From: an uncultured Selenomonas sp. | GTDB taxonomy: Bacteria > Bacillota > Negativicutes > Selenomonadales > Selenomonadaceae | Length of the DNA: 59,690 nt | Direction of reading: 5' to 3' | NCBI GenBank assembly: GCA_905373085.1 | Contig: CAJPRR010000001.1 | Location: 1-59,690 of the forward strand | In this document: piece after piece, positions 46,517-56,373 of the stretch | Layout: every line of letters begins with the position of its first letter | How positions within the stretch are numbered: position 1 is the first letter of the stretch | Position numbers and translations under genes: made by a program | Notes under the pieces: generated by a model | Seen by the model: only the letters and a program-made list of their open reading frames with translations | The model's database searches: none | What the model was told of the DNA's origin: nothing

Positions 46517-47824
46517 TCAAGAGAGGAACGCTGTGAGAAGCCGCTCAAGCGAAGCTTGGTCGGCAGCGCCCATCGTCTCACGCGCCGAGTGCATGGCGAG
46601 CACGGGCGCACCGATGTCCATCGTGCGCACGGGGACAAAGGAGGAGGCGATGGCGCCGAGCGTCGAGCCGCCGCGGCTGTCGGAGCGGTTCACGAATCTC
46701 TGCCAGGGAATCTCGTGCTCTTCGGCAAGCGCGCGCACGACGGCAGAGGCTTCGGCGTCTCCCGCGTAGCTCTGCGACGCTGCCTGCTTGAGGACGACGC
46801 CCGCTCCGAGCGCGGGACGCACGACGGGATCGCTCTTCGCCGCGTGTGAAGGATGGACGGCGTGCGCCACGTCGACGGAGAGCAAAAATCCGTTGGCGAG
46901 CGCACGGCAGACGGCGTCGCTTTTGCCTGAAAGGTCTTGATAGATGCGGCGCAGCACATCGCCGAGCACGGCGGAGCCGGCGCCCTGCTTCGTGCGGCTG
47001 CCGACCTCCTCGTTGTCGAAGAGCGCGATGAGGCGAAGGCCCTCTGCGGGGTGCGCTTCTTCGATGCCCTTGAGGCAGGCGAGGACGGAGGTGAGGTTGT
47101 CAAGCCTCGGCGAGGAGATGAATTCATTGCGAAGTCCCAAGGTGCAGCCTGCTTCGCATGGATAGGCGCCGAGATCGTAGGAGAGGATCGCGTCTTTTTC
47201 CGTTTCACAGGCTTCGGCAAGCCAGGTGAGGAAGAAGCCTTTCTTCTCCTCCTCCTTTTCAACGAGAGCGGCGAGCGGCAGCATGTCTTTCTGCGCGTTC
47301 AAGGCGCCGTCCTTGTTGACGTCGCGGTCCATGTGGATGGCGAGGCTCGGAATTGTCACGAGCGGCTTTTGAAAGTCGACGAGGCGCACAACGGGATGAA
47401 AGGCGTCCTTGCCGCGCAGCACGACCTTGCCTGCGAGCGAGAGCGGACGGTCGAGCCATGTGCGCAGGATGAGCCCGCCGTACGTTTCGACGTTGAGCAT
47501 GCCGCAGCCGTCGTGTGTCATGCCGGCCGCAGGCTTCAGACGAAAGCACGGGAAATCCGTATGCGCTGCCGCCATAAGAAGAGGCGTGCCGTGACGCTTG
47601 AGCGGCTTTTCGCCGATGGCGAAGGCGAGCAGCGCCGAGCCGTAGACGCGCAGGAAGCAGCGTTCGCCGGCGGCGAGACGCCACGAGTCCGCAGGCTTGA
47701 GTTCTTGAAAGCCCGCACGAAGAAGCCTCTTGGCGCTCTCCTCGACGACATGAAAGGGCGAGGTCGAGCATTGGATGAAATGGAGCAGTTCTTCCGCCGC
47801 TGCGGGTATGGCTGTATTTGTCAT
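46517..47824 (-). CDS. M18-family (aspartyl) aminopeptidase
   Basis: STSPFH, AHTDFP, PRLDNL, FDNEEVGS, DVAHAVHP, GGSTLG, AMHSARE. True start is MTNTAIP, inside the 822-aa track ORF. Confidence 0.93.
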   Translation of the reverse strand: MTNTAIPAAAEELLHFIQCSTSPFHVVEESAKRLLRAGFQELKPADSWRLAAGERCFLRVYGSALLAFAIGEKPLKRHGTPLLMAAAHTDFPCFRLKPAAGMTHDGCGMLNVETYGGLILRTWLDRPLSLAGKVVLRGKDAFHPVVRLVDFQKPLVTIPSLAIHMDRDVNKDGALNAQKDMLPLAALVEKEEEKKGFFLTWLAEACETEKDAILSYDLGAYPCEAGCTLGLRNEFISSPRLDNLTSVLACLKGIEEAHPAEGLRLIALFDNEEVGSRTKQGAGSAVLGDVLRRIYQDLSGKSDAVCRALANGFLLSVDVAHAVHPSHAAKSDPVVRPALGAGVVLKQAASQSYAGDAEASAVVRALAEEHEIPWQRFVNRSDSRGGSTLGAIASSFVPVRTMDIGAPVLAMHSARETMGAADQASLERLLTAFLS

Positions 47825-49209
47825 GAGAGATTCCTCCCTGTATGTTCTTTTTGTTTTTGGCAAATTCCCGGCAGGATGAGCGCGGCGCTGACGACGAGTC
47901 CGATGAAGAGCGGATGGACGGCGCTTTTCAAGGCTGCAGCCGCCACAGCCGTTGCCGTAGAAAGCAGCATGGAGATGACGGCTAGGCGCGGGGAAAGCCG
48001 CCCGGGGCAGAAGACCGCCAGCGTCAGCGGCAGGAAGACGCCGCCGCCGCGAAGAGCCATCGACAGGTAGTTCCAGACGAGCACCTGGCTGTCGATAAAG
48101 AAGATGGAGAAGAGGGCGGCGAGCGCCATGACGAGGAGCACCGTGAGGCGGTGCAGGAGGAGAAACCGGCCTTCGCTCTTCACGGCGAGGAGCGGCGCGA
48201 ATACGTCGTGCGAGAGCATCGTGCCGATGCCGAGCGAGAGGCCGCCGATGCTGCCGACGAGGGAAAGCGCGATGCCGCCCATGGCGATGCTGCCGATGAG
48301 CGTTCCGGCATGCGTAAAAAGGTAGGCGGGCAGTGCGAGGATGGGCGCGATGTCGGGTGCGGCGGCGTGCATGTAGATGCCGATGAGCGAGCACGGCAGC
48401 CCGACGGGGATGACGATGAGCGCGGCGGCAAATGCGCCGACGGTCGCCGTGCGCGGGTTGGCGGCGGAGAAGATGGCTTGGATGTAGGACTGCGTGGAGA
48501 TGACTCCGACGATGAGCGAGAGGAGTCCTGCGGCGATGCTCTGGGCGCCGGCGTGTCCGAGGCTCCATGTGCCGGGCGCGAGCGGCGCGTCCGCTGTGAG
48601 TGCAGGAAGTCCGTGCCAGGCGGCGACGCCTGCGAGGCAAAGACTCAGCCACAGGACGATCATCTTCAGGATGCCGCCGACGCCGGCGCTTTTTATGCCG
48701 CCGAAGAAGATGTAGCAGGCGACGAGCGCGACGAGGGCGAATGCCGCCGCGCCGTGGCCGACGCCGAAGATTGCGGCGATGAGATGGAGTCCCGGCAGCG
48801 TGCTCGCGACGGCGCTGAAGAAGATGCCGACGGAAGAAACGAGGCTTGAAAAGACGCTCGCGCTCTTGCCGTAGCGGACGCCGAGGAACTCGGGGATCGT
48901 TTCGAGCGAGGTGCGCCGCAAGCGCTTCGCATAGAAAAGCCCCATGACGATGAGAGCGATCCCCGTGCCGATCGTGAACCACCACGCGGAAAGCCCGAGC
49001 GAGCAGGCGAGCTGCGCCGTGCCGACGGTCGCGCCGCCGCCGACGCAGGTGCCGGCGATCGTGCCCGCGACGAGCGGTGCGCCCGCGCTGCGCCCGCCGA
49101 GGCTGAAGCCTTCCGCCGAATGGACGGAGCGGGCGGCATAGAGGCCGCTCGCGAGGACGAGGGCGATGGTAGCGAGCATGAGGGCGATTTGCGCTGTGGA
49201 AATTTCCAT
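47821..49209 (-). CDS. sodium:solute symporter family protein
   Basis: FSLGGRS..GTCVGGGATVG, TIPEFLGVRYG, QSYIQAIFSA, many TM helices. GGAGG RBS. Confidence 0.9.
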   Translation of the reverse strand: MEISTAQIALMLATIALVLASGLYAARSVHSAEGFSLGGRSAGAPLVAGTIAGTCVGGGATVGTAQLACSLGLSAWWFTIGTGIALIVMGLFYAKRLRRTSLETIPEFLGVRYGKSASVFSSLVSSVGIFFSAVASTLPGLHLIAAIFGVGHGAAAFALVALVACYIFFGGIKSAGVGGILKMIVLWLSLCLAGVAAWHGLPALTADAPLAPGTWSLGHAGAQSIAAGLLSLIVGVISTQSYIQAIFSAANPRTATVGAFAAALIVIPVGLPCSLIGIYMHAAAPDIAPILALPAYLFTHAGTLIGSIAMGGIALSLVGSIGGLSLGIGTMLSHDVFAPLLAVKSEGRFLLLHRLTVLLVMALAALFSIFFIDSQVLVWNYLSMALRGGGVFLPLTLAVFCPGRLSPRLAVISMLLSTATAVAAAALKSAVHPLFIGLVVSAALILPGICQKQKEHTGRNLS

Positions 49210-49261
49210 GGGACGCGAACCTCCTGGAACGATTTTTGACGGAAGATCTTTCTTTCTGTTC

Positions 49262-49290
49262 ATTATACGCCTAGAGAGGCCGGCAGGCAA
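49262..49290 (-). promoter_or_regulatory. sigmaA promoter of the symporter-peptidase operon
   Basis: TTGCCT-17 bp-TATAAT on the minus strand. Confidence 0.65.
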
Positions 49291-49346
49291 ATGCTTCATC
49301 TGTGGCTCTCACTGGGCATTTTCTCCTGCAATTTTAAGGAATCTAG

Positions 49347-49375
49347 GCAGGTTTCTCCCCTTCCGTATGGAATAG
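49347..49375 (+). promoter_or_regulatory. sigmaH-like promoter upstream of nfeD-floA
   Basis: GCAGGTTTC-N11-ATGGAATAG. Confidence 0.4.
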
Positions 49376-49420
49376 ATACAAGTAGGAAACGGGGAAGATT
49401 CATGGGAAGGATGTGATCGT

Positions 49421-50062
49421 ATGGAATTTGTCGGCGGGACTCCCGCCTTGCAGGTGCTCCTCGTCGCCGTGATCTTCCTTGCCGTGCTCATGGAGGTCAA
49501 GACGGGCGGCACGGGATTTGGCGTCTTGCTCGGACTCGTCGCGGCGGGCGTGTTCTTCAGCAGCCAGTATGCAAGGGGGCTCGTGAGCCTCTACGAGGTC
49601 GCCGTCTTTCTCGTGGGCGTCCTCCTGATTGCAGCGGAGGCGCTCTTGCCCGCCACGGGAGTCTTGGGCGCTCTCGGCGTAGCGGCGATGCTCTACAGCG
49701 TCGTCCTTGCGCTCGGCGGCGACGTCAATGCCGTCTACGCGCTCTTTGCCGCCGGTGCGCTTGCCGTTCTTCTCTTTCTCCTCATCGCGCGTTTTCTGCC
49801 CGACAGCCGCCTTTGGAAGAGGGTCGTGCTGCACGACGCTTCGACGAGCGCGAAGGGCTATGTGAGCGCCGAGGAGCGCAAGGATCTCGTCGGGCGTGAG
49901 GCTGTCGTTCTGACCGACGTGCGTCCCGCGGGATCGATCCTCGTCGACGGCGTGCCCGTCGACGTCGTTTCCGAGGGCGCCTACATCGAGAAGGGCGAGC
50001 GCGTCCGTGTGACGGCGGTGCGCGGCAGCCGCATCGTCGTGCGCCGTGTCGCTGATTCCTAG
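49421..50062 (+). CDS. NfeD-family membrane protein (no N-terminal protease domain)
   Basis: Multiple TM helices and C-terminal OB fold LVGREAVVLTDVRPAG..DVVSEGAYIEKG. Confidence 0.88.
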   Translation: MEFVGGTPALQVLLVAVIFLAVLMEVKTGGTGFGVLLGLVAAGVFFSSQYARGLVSLYEVAVFLVGVLLIAAEALLPATGVLGALGVAAMLYSVVLALGGDVNAVYALFAAGALAVLLFLLIARFLPDSRLWKRVVLHDASTSAKGYVSAEERKDLVGREAVVLTDVRPAGSILVDGVPVDVVSEGAYIEKGERVRVTAVRGSRIVVRRVADS

Positions 50063-50107
50063 AGGAATCGTTGAACTTGTTCATACTTTTGCAAGGAGGA
50101 GTTCTTT

Positions 50108-51094
50108 ATGGAAGGCGTCATAGCATTGGCATTTCTCTTCGTCGTCGCTGTCCTCGTCGTCATGGTGTTCCTGCACTTCGTGCCCATCGGGCTTTGGATC
50201 TCGGCGATTGCGGCGAACGTCCCCGTGAACATCATCACGCTCATCGGCATGCGCATGCGCCGCGTGCCGCCCGGCAAGATCGTCATGCCGCTCATCAAGG
50301 CGAACAAGGCGGGACTTGACGTGCAGGTCAACCAGCTCGAAGCGCACTACCTCGCGGGCGGCAACGTCGACAAGGTTGTCGACGCCCTGATCGCCGCGCA
50401 TCGTGCGCAGATTCCCCTGCCGTTCGAGCGTTCGGCCGCCATCGACCTCGCGGGGCGCGACGTGCTCGACGCCGTGCAGATGAGCGTCAACCCCAAGGTC
50501 ATCGAGACGCCGATCGTCTCCGCCGTCGCCATGAACGGCATCGAGCTGAAGATCAAGGCGCGTGTGACCGTGCGCGCCAACATCGACCGCCTCGTCGGCG
50601 GCGCGGGCGAGCCGACGATCATCGCTCGTGTCGGCGAGGGCATTGTCACGACGGTCGGCTCCTCGGCGAGCCACGGCGAAGTGCTCGCGAACCCCGACGT
50701 CATCTCGAAGACCGTGCTCGGAAAGGGGCTTGACGCGGGAACGGCGTTCGAGATCCTCTCGATCGACATCGCCGATGTCGACGTCGGGCGCAACATCGGC
50801 GCGGAGCTGCAGACCGATCAGGCCGAGGCCGACAAGCGCATCGCGCAGGCGAAGGCGGAGGAGCGCCGCGCCATGGCGGTCGCCAAGGAGCAGGAGATGA
50901 AGGCCTACACGCAGGAGATGGAAGCGAAGGTCGTCGAGGCGCAGGCGGAAGTGCCGCATGCGATGGCGGAGGCCTTGAAGAGCGGCAACCTCGGCGTCAT
51001 GGACTACTACAACCTGCGCAACGTGCAGGCGGACACCGACATGCGCACGGCGATCAGCGAGGCGGGCGCGAACCCGCCGCATACGGCGAAGTAA
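50108..51094 (+). CDS. floA: flotillin-like protein FloA (YqfA family)
   Basis: [42 protein letters not shown]. Confidence 0.95.
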   Translation: MEGVIALAFLFVVAVLVVMVFLHFVPIGLWISAIAANVPVNIITLIGMRMRRVPPGKIVMPLIKANKAGLDVQVNQLEAHYLAGGNVDKVVDALIAAHRAQIPLPFERSAAIDLAGRDVLDAVQMSVNPKVIETPIVSAVAMNGIELKIKARVTVRANIDRLVGGAGEPTIIARVGEGIVTTVGSSASHGEVLANPDVISKTVLGKGLDAGTAFEILSIDIADVDVGRNIGAELQTDQAEADKRIAQAKAEERRAMAVAKEQEMKAYTQEMEAKVVEAQAEVPHAMAEALKSGNLGVMDYYNLRNVQADTDMRTAISEAGANPPHTAK

Positions 51095-51121
51095 GACGGA
51101 AGAGGGAAGGAGGCAGTCGGC

Positions 51122-51595
51122 ATGAGCGTCACAGGCATCGTCCTCTTCATCGTGTTCCTCCTCGTAAAAAGCCTGCTGGACAAGAAGAAAAAGGAGGCGC
51201 GGCGCGAGAAAACGCCCGAAGCCTCTGCCGCTCCAGCCGCAATGGGAAGAAGGCTTGAGGCGGCGCAGGCGCAGGTCGTGGCCGAGGATTCGGCAGAGGC
51301 GCGGGATCTGTTGCGCCGTTTCTTTGGCGGACGGGCGGCAGAGATTGAGGAGAGGGACGTACCGCGCGATGTGTTTTCAGGAATCGAGGCGACGCCTGCC
51401 GCCGCATCTTCCGCTTCGCTGCGTCATGCGGAAAAATGGGGGGAAGAGCTGCAGAATTCACAGGAAGGGACAGAGAAAAGCGGCGCCCTCGCGCTCGACC
51501 TTGCGTCTGCCGCCATGCTGCAGGCGGTCATGCTCGCCGAAGTCATCGGACGCCCCAAGGCGCAGCGAAGGCGAAGCCCCTATTTTCGCCCGTGA
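51122..51595 (+). CDS. hypothetical protein (YqfB-like position)
   Basis: N-terminal hydrophobic helix and C-terminal QAVMLAEVIGRPKA. Follows floA. Confidence 0.7.
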   Translation: MSVTGIVLFIVFLLVKSLLDKKKKEARREKTPEASAAPAAMGRRLEAAQAQVVAEDSAEARDLLRRFFGGRAAEIEERDVPRDVFSGIEATPAAASSASLRHAEKWGEELQNSQEGTEKSGALALDLASAAMLQAVMLAEVIGRPKAQRRRSPYFRP

Positions 51596-51637
51596 CGAGA
51601 AAGGATCTGAGGCATTTTCCAAGGGAGGATGAATCGT

Positions 51638-52507
51638 ATGGCAAGAGAAAAGATCGGCTTCATCGGCACGGGCGTCATGGGAAGCAGCATGGCGAGAAAT
51701 CTCATGAAGGCCGGTTATGCCGTCAGCGTCTACACGCGCACGAAGGAAAAGGCGCAGTCGCTTCTTGAAGACGGCGCATGCTGGGCGTCTTCGCCAAAAG
51801 AGTTGGCGAAAGAGACGGACGTCGTCATTTCCATCGTCGGCTACCCGAAGGACGTCGAGGAAATCTATCTGGGCGCCGAGGGCGTCCTTGCGGCGAAGGA
51901 AGGCGGCGTCGTCATCGACATGACGACGTCGAGTCCTGCGCTCGCCAAGAAGATTTTCGCTGCAGCGAAGGAAAAGGGCGTCGCCGCGCTCGATGCGCCC
52001 GTCTCGGGCGGCGACATCGGCGCGAGGGACGCGACGCTCGCCATCATGGTCGGCGGCGAGGCGAAAGTGTTCGAAAAGTGCAGAGATCTCTTCGCTGCCA
52101 TGGGAAAGGCCGCGCACTATTTCGGTGCGGCGGGCAGCGGGCAGTTCGTCAAGATGAGCAACCAGATCGCCATCGCCTCGAACATGCTCGGCGTCGCCGA
52201 GGCCATGGCATACGCGAAGAAGAGCGGCCTCGACGCCGGGGCGGTGCAGCGGACGATTGCGGGCGGCGCGGCAGGATCGTGGTCGCTGACAAATCTCGCG
52301 CCGAAGATGCTCGCGGGCGACTGGTCGCCGGGCTTCTTTATCAAGCATTTCCTCAAGGACATGCGCATCGCCGTCGAATCGGCTGAGGAGATGGGGCTTG
52401 ACCTCCCAGGGCTCAAGCTTGCCAAAAAGCTCTACGAGGAGCTTTCCGCGCGAGGCATGGAAGACTGCGGCACGCAGGCGATCTTTCGCTGGTACGAAGG
52501 AGAATGA
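51638..52507 (+). CDS. NAD(P)-dependent beta-hydroxyacid dehydrogenase
   Basis: IGFIGTGVMG, DAPVSGGD, KMSNQ, GF..KHFLKD. Confidence 0.92.
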   Translation: MAREKIGFIGTGVMGSSMARNLMKAGYAVSVYTRTKEKAQSLLEDGACWASSPKELAKETDVVISIVGYPKDVEEIYLGAEGVLAAKEGGVVIDMTTSSPALAKKIFAAAKEKGVAALDAPVSGGDIGARDATLAIMVGGEAKVFEKCRDLFAAMGKAAHYFGAAGSGQFVKMSNQIAIASNMLGVAEAMAYAKKSGLDAGAVQRTIAGGAAGSWSLTNLAPKMLAGDWSPGFFIKHFLKDMRIAVESAEEMGLDLPGLKLAKKLYEELSARGMEDCGTQAIFRWYEGE

Positions 52508-52528
52508 AGGCGCTTCTTTGCAGACGGT

Positions 52529-52930
52529 TCACTTCCTGCCGAAGGCGAAGAGCTTCACGGCGAGGAAGGTGACGGGAACGCCGAGGACGGCGGCGATGAC
52601 GAAGGCCGCGAGACTCGGAAAGCCGAGCCGGTTGTAGAAGAGCAAGACGATGATGTTCTGGATCAGATAGTTCGGAATGTAGGAGATCGCGAACTTCACG
52701 CACTTTTCGAGCGCCATTGGCTCGTGGAAGATCAAGCGGCTGTTGAGCGCGTAGGCAATGACGTTCGCGAGGATGTAGCCGATGTTGAACGCGAGGTTCG
52801 TATCGACGAGAAGTTCAAAAATCTTGGCGAGCAGGCTGCCGTTGAACGTGTTGAAGCAGCCGATGACGAGGAACAGCAGAAATTCGCGCGTGAAGAAGTG
52901 ACGGCGCACAGTTTTGAAAAATGCGGGCAT
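52529..52930 (-). CDS. GtrA-family membrane protein
   Basis: About 130 aa with four TM helices, EFLLFLVIG..NT, YALNSRLIF. Confidence 0.85.
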   Translation of the reverse strand: MPAFFKTVRRHFFTREFLLFLVIGCFNTFNGSLLAKIFELLVDTNLAFNIGYILANVIAYALNSRLIFHEPMALEKCVKFAISYIPNYLIQNIIVLLFYNRLGFPSLAAFVIAAVLGVPVTFLAVKLFAFGRK

Positions 52931-53028
52931 GGAAAGTCTCCTTTTGCTTGTTTTTGTCAGTATAGCATAAGAAGAGCCGGAGAGGGAAGGAAATGCGCTG
53001 CAGGGTATGACGGAAGAGGAGTGCAGAT

Positions 53029-54825
53029 ATGAAAGGAACGGTTGTGGCGACGTGGATGGACACGGCGCAGAAGCTTTGGGGCGGCGAGGCTGTCAGCGAG
53101 GCGTGCAGAGCGGCAGGTTGGGCGCAAGGGCGCATCTTCACTCCGCTGGAGGATGTGGCGGACAGCGAGATCCTTGCCTTTATTGACGCTTTGGCAAAGC
53201 GCATGGGGCAGACGTCGGACGCCCTTTGGTACGAGATGGGGCGCGACAACATCCTGACCTTTGCCGCCGTATATCCGTCCTTTTTTGAAGGCAAGAACAT
53301 CTATACGTTCCTTGCATCCATCTACAACGTGCATGTGGAAATCGTCAGGAAGATCCCGGGCGCGAATCCGCCGCTCTTGAAGATGACTCCGCTTTCCGAG
53401 CACGAGGCGGAGCTTCTCTACAAGTCGAAGCGCAGCCTCATTCCATACTTTCGCGGGCTGTTGAAGGGCGCGATCGACTACTTCAAGGAGCCGGTCGAGG
53501 TCAAGGCCGTCGAGGAAGGGAATGGCGTCTCACGTCTGCGCCTCTATTTCAAGGAGCGCATCTTGGAAAAAAGGCGCTTTGCACTGAACTGCATGCTGGG
53601 CGTTCTGACGCGCTCTCTGCCCGTAAAGTTCGCTCTCGTCTCTTTTGCAGCGGCGCTTGTGCTCAGCGTGTTTTCCTGGCTTTTCGGAGCATCGCCTGCG
53701 GTGTTCCTCTTCTCCTTCCTCATGGCGGGGGCAGGCGGCATCGGCGCTTTTTTGCTGCTTGCGCCGCTGCGTCTGCTGCGCCGCGAGATCATGTCCATCG
53801 CCGAGCATCGTTTCTCCGCCGATCTCGTGCTGACCTCGCGCGATGAATTCGAGGAGTTGGGGGAGCTTATCGACGCCTACAAGAAGTCAGTGCGTGCGGA
53901 CTTCACGGGCTTTCGCGGCATGGGCGACGAGCTCATCGCCTATGGCGGCAGGTTCAACGATCTTGCGAGCAACATGAGCCAAGCGTCCGCCCAGATCGCC
54001 GAGGTCGTCGACAGCGTGGCGGATGCGACGACGAAGAGCGCCGCTTCTACGGGGCAGGTGGCCGACCTGCTGCATCAGAACGTCGAGGCTCTGCAGCAGG
54101 TCGTCTCCTCGCAGGAGAAGAACAATCGGAGCCTTGTGGAAGCCGTGGACAATGTAGCGCACGGTTTCGACGGCGTGCGTGCCTCCAGCGATGCGCTCGG
54201 CAGGAGCATGGAAAAATTTGCCGCTGTGCGCGATGCCGCCGATTCCCTGAAGCAGGAGACGGAGAAGATCATTTCCATCGCCAACATGGTGACGGAGATT
54301 GCCTCGCAGACGAATCTGCTCGCCCTCAACGCCTCGGTCGAAGCGGCTCGCGCGGGCGAGCAGGGCAAGGGCTTCGCCGTCGTCGCGCAGGAGATCGGCA
54401 AGCTTGCCGCCGAATCGCGCGAGCAGGCGGATACGATCACCTCCGACGTGCGCAACATCACGCACATCATCAACGACGTCGTCGCGAGCATCGACACGGA
54501 ATACCATGCGCTCGGCAAGGAGAGCGGCGGCCTCGTGCAGGTCGTCGAGAGCAACAATGCCTTCGTCGCGAACATCCGCGAGGTGTCGGCGAGCATCGGC
54601 GGCATCATCGGGCGCCTCAACGAAGAGATGAGCCGCATGAATGACGCCATCGGCGAGGTGAAAAACGTCGCAGGCCTTTCCGAGGAGAATTCAGCCGCAG
54701 CGAAATCCGTCAACGAGACGGTGAGCGACCATCACGGAAAGCTGCAGGACATGATGGATAAGATCCAAGCATTCCAGAAGATCGCCGTATCGTTTTCAAG
54801 CGACCTCAAGAATTTCAAAATATGA
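53029..54825 (+). CDS. H-NOX domain methyl-accepting chemotaxis protein
   Basis: MKG start, H102, P115, YxSxR, two TM helices, HAMP-like segment, signalling tip [30 protein letters not shown]. Confidence 0.93.
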   Translation: MKGTVVATWMDTAQKLWGGEAVSEACRAAGWAQGRIFTPLEDVADSEILAFIDALAKRMGQTSDALWYEMGRDNILTFAAVYPSFFEGKNIYTFLASIYNVHVEIVRKIPGANPPLLKMTPLSEHEAELLYKSKRSLIPYFRGLLKGAIDYFKEPVEVKAVEEGNGVSRLRLYFKERILEKRRFALNCMLGVLTRSLPVKFALVSFAAALVLSVFSWLFGASPAVFLFSFLMAGAGGIGAFLLLAPLRLLRREIMSIAEHRFSADLVLTSRDEFEELGELIDAYKKSVRADFTGFRGMGDELIAYGGRFNDLASNMSQASAQIAEVVDSVADATTKSAASTGQVADLLHQNVEALQQVVSSQEKNNRSLVEAVDNVAHGFDGVRASSDALGRSMEKFAAVRDAADSLKQETEKIISIANMVTEIASQTNLLALNASVEAARAGEQGKGFAVVAQEIGKLAAESREQADTITSDVRNITHIINDVVASIDTEYHALGKESGGLVQVVESNNAFVANIREVSASIGGIIGRLNEEMSRMNDAIGEVKNVAGLSEENSAAAKSVNETVSDHHGKLQDMMDKIQAFQKIAVSFSSDLKNFKI

Positions 54826-54837
54826 TTTTCAAAACGC

Positions 54838-54866
54838 TTGCTTTGTCTGACCGTGCATAGTATCAT
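54838..54866 (+). promoter_or_regulatory. sigmaA promoter of rubredoxin
   Basis: TTGCTT-17 bp-TATCAT. Confidence 0.55.
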
Positions 54867-54923
54867 AGGAGCGTAAGCGGGGCGCTGCCCCGAAGATTTC
54901 ATTCTGACAAGGAGGAATTTCTT

Positions 54924-55085
54924 ATGAAAACTTGGACTTGTACGGTTTGCGGCTGGGTGTACGATGAGGCGAAGGGCGATCCCGATTACGATCTCGCACC
55001 GGGCGTTCCCTTCGCCGATCTGCCGGAGGACTTCGTCTGTCCCTTGTGCGGCGTGGGCAAGGATATGTTTGAGGAGCAAGCATAG
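54924..55085 (+). CDS. rubredoxin (53 aa; absent from the ORF track)
   Basis: [53 protein letters not shown], with two CxxC motifs and an AAGGAGG RBS. Confidence 0.96.
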   Translation: MKTWTCTVCGWVYDEAKGDPDYDLAPGVPFADLPEDFVCPLCGVGKDMFEEQA

Positions 55086-55143
55086 CCTTTGCGCATGTTG
55101 ATAAATGGAGTTAATGATTTCATCAAAATTTGCGTGAATCAAA

Positions 55144-55172
55144 TTGATTATTCCTGTAAATTTTGGTATAAT
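55144..55172 (+). promoter_or_regulatory. sigmaA promoter of mdh
   Basis: TTGATT-17 bp-TATAAT with TG extension. Confidence 0.7.
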
Positions 55173-55277
55173 CAAAGACGATGAACTTGGAGCTTTATTT
55201 ATCCATCCAAGCCAAGGAGATGCGTCCTGCAAGTTACGGGGATGTCTCGCCGAATTTCAAAAGGAGGCAGATTTTAC

Positions 55278-56246
55278 ATGAAAGTGACAGTTGTTGGTGC
55301 AGGTAATGTCGGAGCTACCGTTGCGAACGTCCTTGCGACGAAGGCGTTCTGCAGCGAGGTCGTCCTCGTTGACATCAAGGAGGGCGTGCCCGAGGGCAAG
55401 GCCATCGACATCATGCAGACGGCGCACATGCTGAACTTTGACACGACGGTGAAGGGCGTCACGGCTCTGCCGGACGATCCGAACGGCTACGCCCCGACGG
55501 CGGGATCCGAGGTCGTCGTCATCACGTCCGGCATGCCGCGCAAGCCGGGCATGAGCCGCGAGGATCTGATCGGCGTCAACGCGAAGATCGTCAAGAGCGT
55601 CGTCGATCAGGCTCTGAAGTTCTCTCCCGATGCGTACTTCATCATCATCTCCAACCCGATGGACGCCATGACGTACTTGGCGCTCAAGGATTCGGGACTG
55701 CCGCGCAACCGCATTCTCGGTCAGGGCGGCATGCTCGACAGCAGCCGTTTCCGCTATTACCTGTCCGTCGCTCTGACGGAAGCCGGCTATCCTGCTACGC
55801 CGACGGACATCGACGGCATGGTGCTGGGCGGCCACAGCGACAAGACGATGGTGCCGCTCGTAAGCCACGCTACGCTGCGCGGCGTTCCCGTGACGCAGCT
55901 CCTCTCGAAGGAAGCCCTGACGGACGTCGTTGAGAAGACGAAGGTCGGCGGCGCAACGCTCACGAAGCTCCTCGGCACGTCCGCTTGGATGGCTCCGGGC
56001 GCTGCTGCGGCCATGATGGTCGAAGCGATCGCCCTCGATGCGAAGAAGCTCATTCCGTGCTGCGTCGGCTTGGACGGCGAGTACGGCGAGAAGGATCTCG
56101 CGATCGGCGTGCCCGTCATCCTCGGCAAGGGCGGCTGCGAGAAGATCATCGAGGTCAAGTTCTCCGACGAGGAGAAGGCGAAGTTCGCGGAGAGCGTCGC
56201 TGCCGCACGCAGCACGAACTCGAAGCTCGGCGATGCGCTGAAGTAA
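55278..56246 (+). CDS. mdh: malate dehydrogenase (LDH-like)
   Basis: GAGNVG, substrate loop PRKPGMSREDL (Arg indicates malate specificity), SNPMD, LDSSR, GGH. Confidence 0.93.
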   Translation: MKVTVVGAGNVGATVANVLATKAFCSEVVLVDIKEGVPEGKAIDIMQTAHMLNFDTTVKGVTALPDDPNGYAPTAGSEVVVITSGMPRKPGMSREDLIGVNAKIVKSVVDQALKFSPDAYFIIISNPMDAMTYLALKDSGLPRNRILGQGGMLDSSRFRYYLSVALTEAGYPATPTDIDGMVLGGHSDKTMVPLVSHATLRGVPVTQLLSKEALTDVVEKTKVGGATLTKLLGTSAWMAPGAAAAMMVEAIALDAKKLIPCCVGLDGEYGEKDLAIGVPVILGKGGCEKIIEVKFSDEEKAKFAESVAAARSTNSKLGDALK

Positions 56247-56276
56247 GCTTTTCGCTGAAGCAACCTTTCATACGTC

Positions 56277-56310
56277 AAGAAGCTCCTGCATCCTGCGGGA
56301 GCTTTTTCCT
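56277..56310 (+). terminator. terminator after mdh
   Basis: AAGAAGCTCCTGCA-TCC-TGCGGGAGCTTTTT. Confidence 0.8.
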
Positions 56311-56373
56311 TTGGGAAAAAGCCTTTTTCGACGATATAAGAGCATGAAAACAAAAGGGAAAGGTTGTGGATGT

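Noticed and set aside
46517..48985. 822-aa minus-strand ORF suggesting a giant peptidase fusion
   Set aside because: The first ~386 residues are an Arg-rich alternative frame of the symporter gene. The real peptidase starts at 47824.
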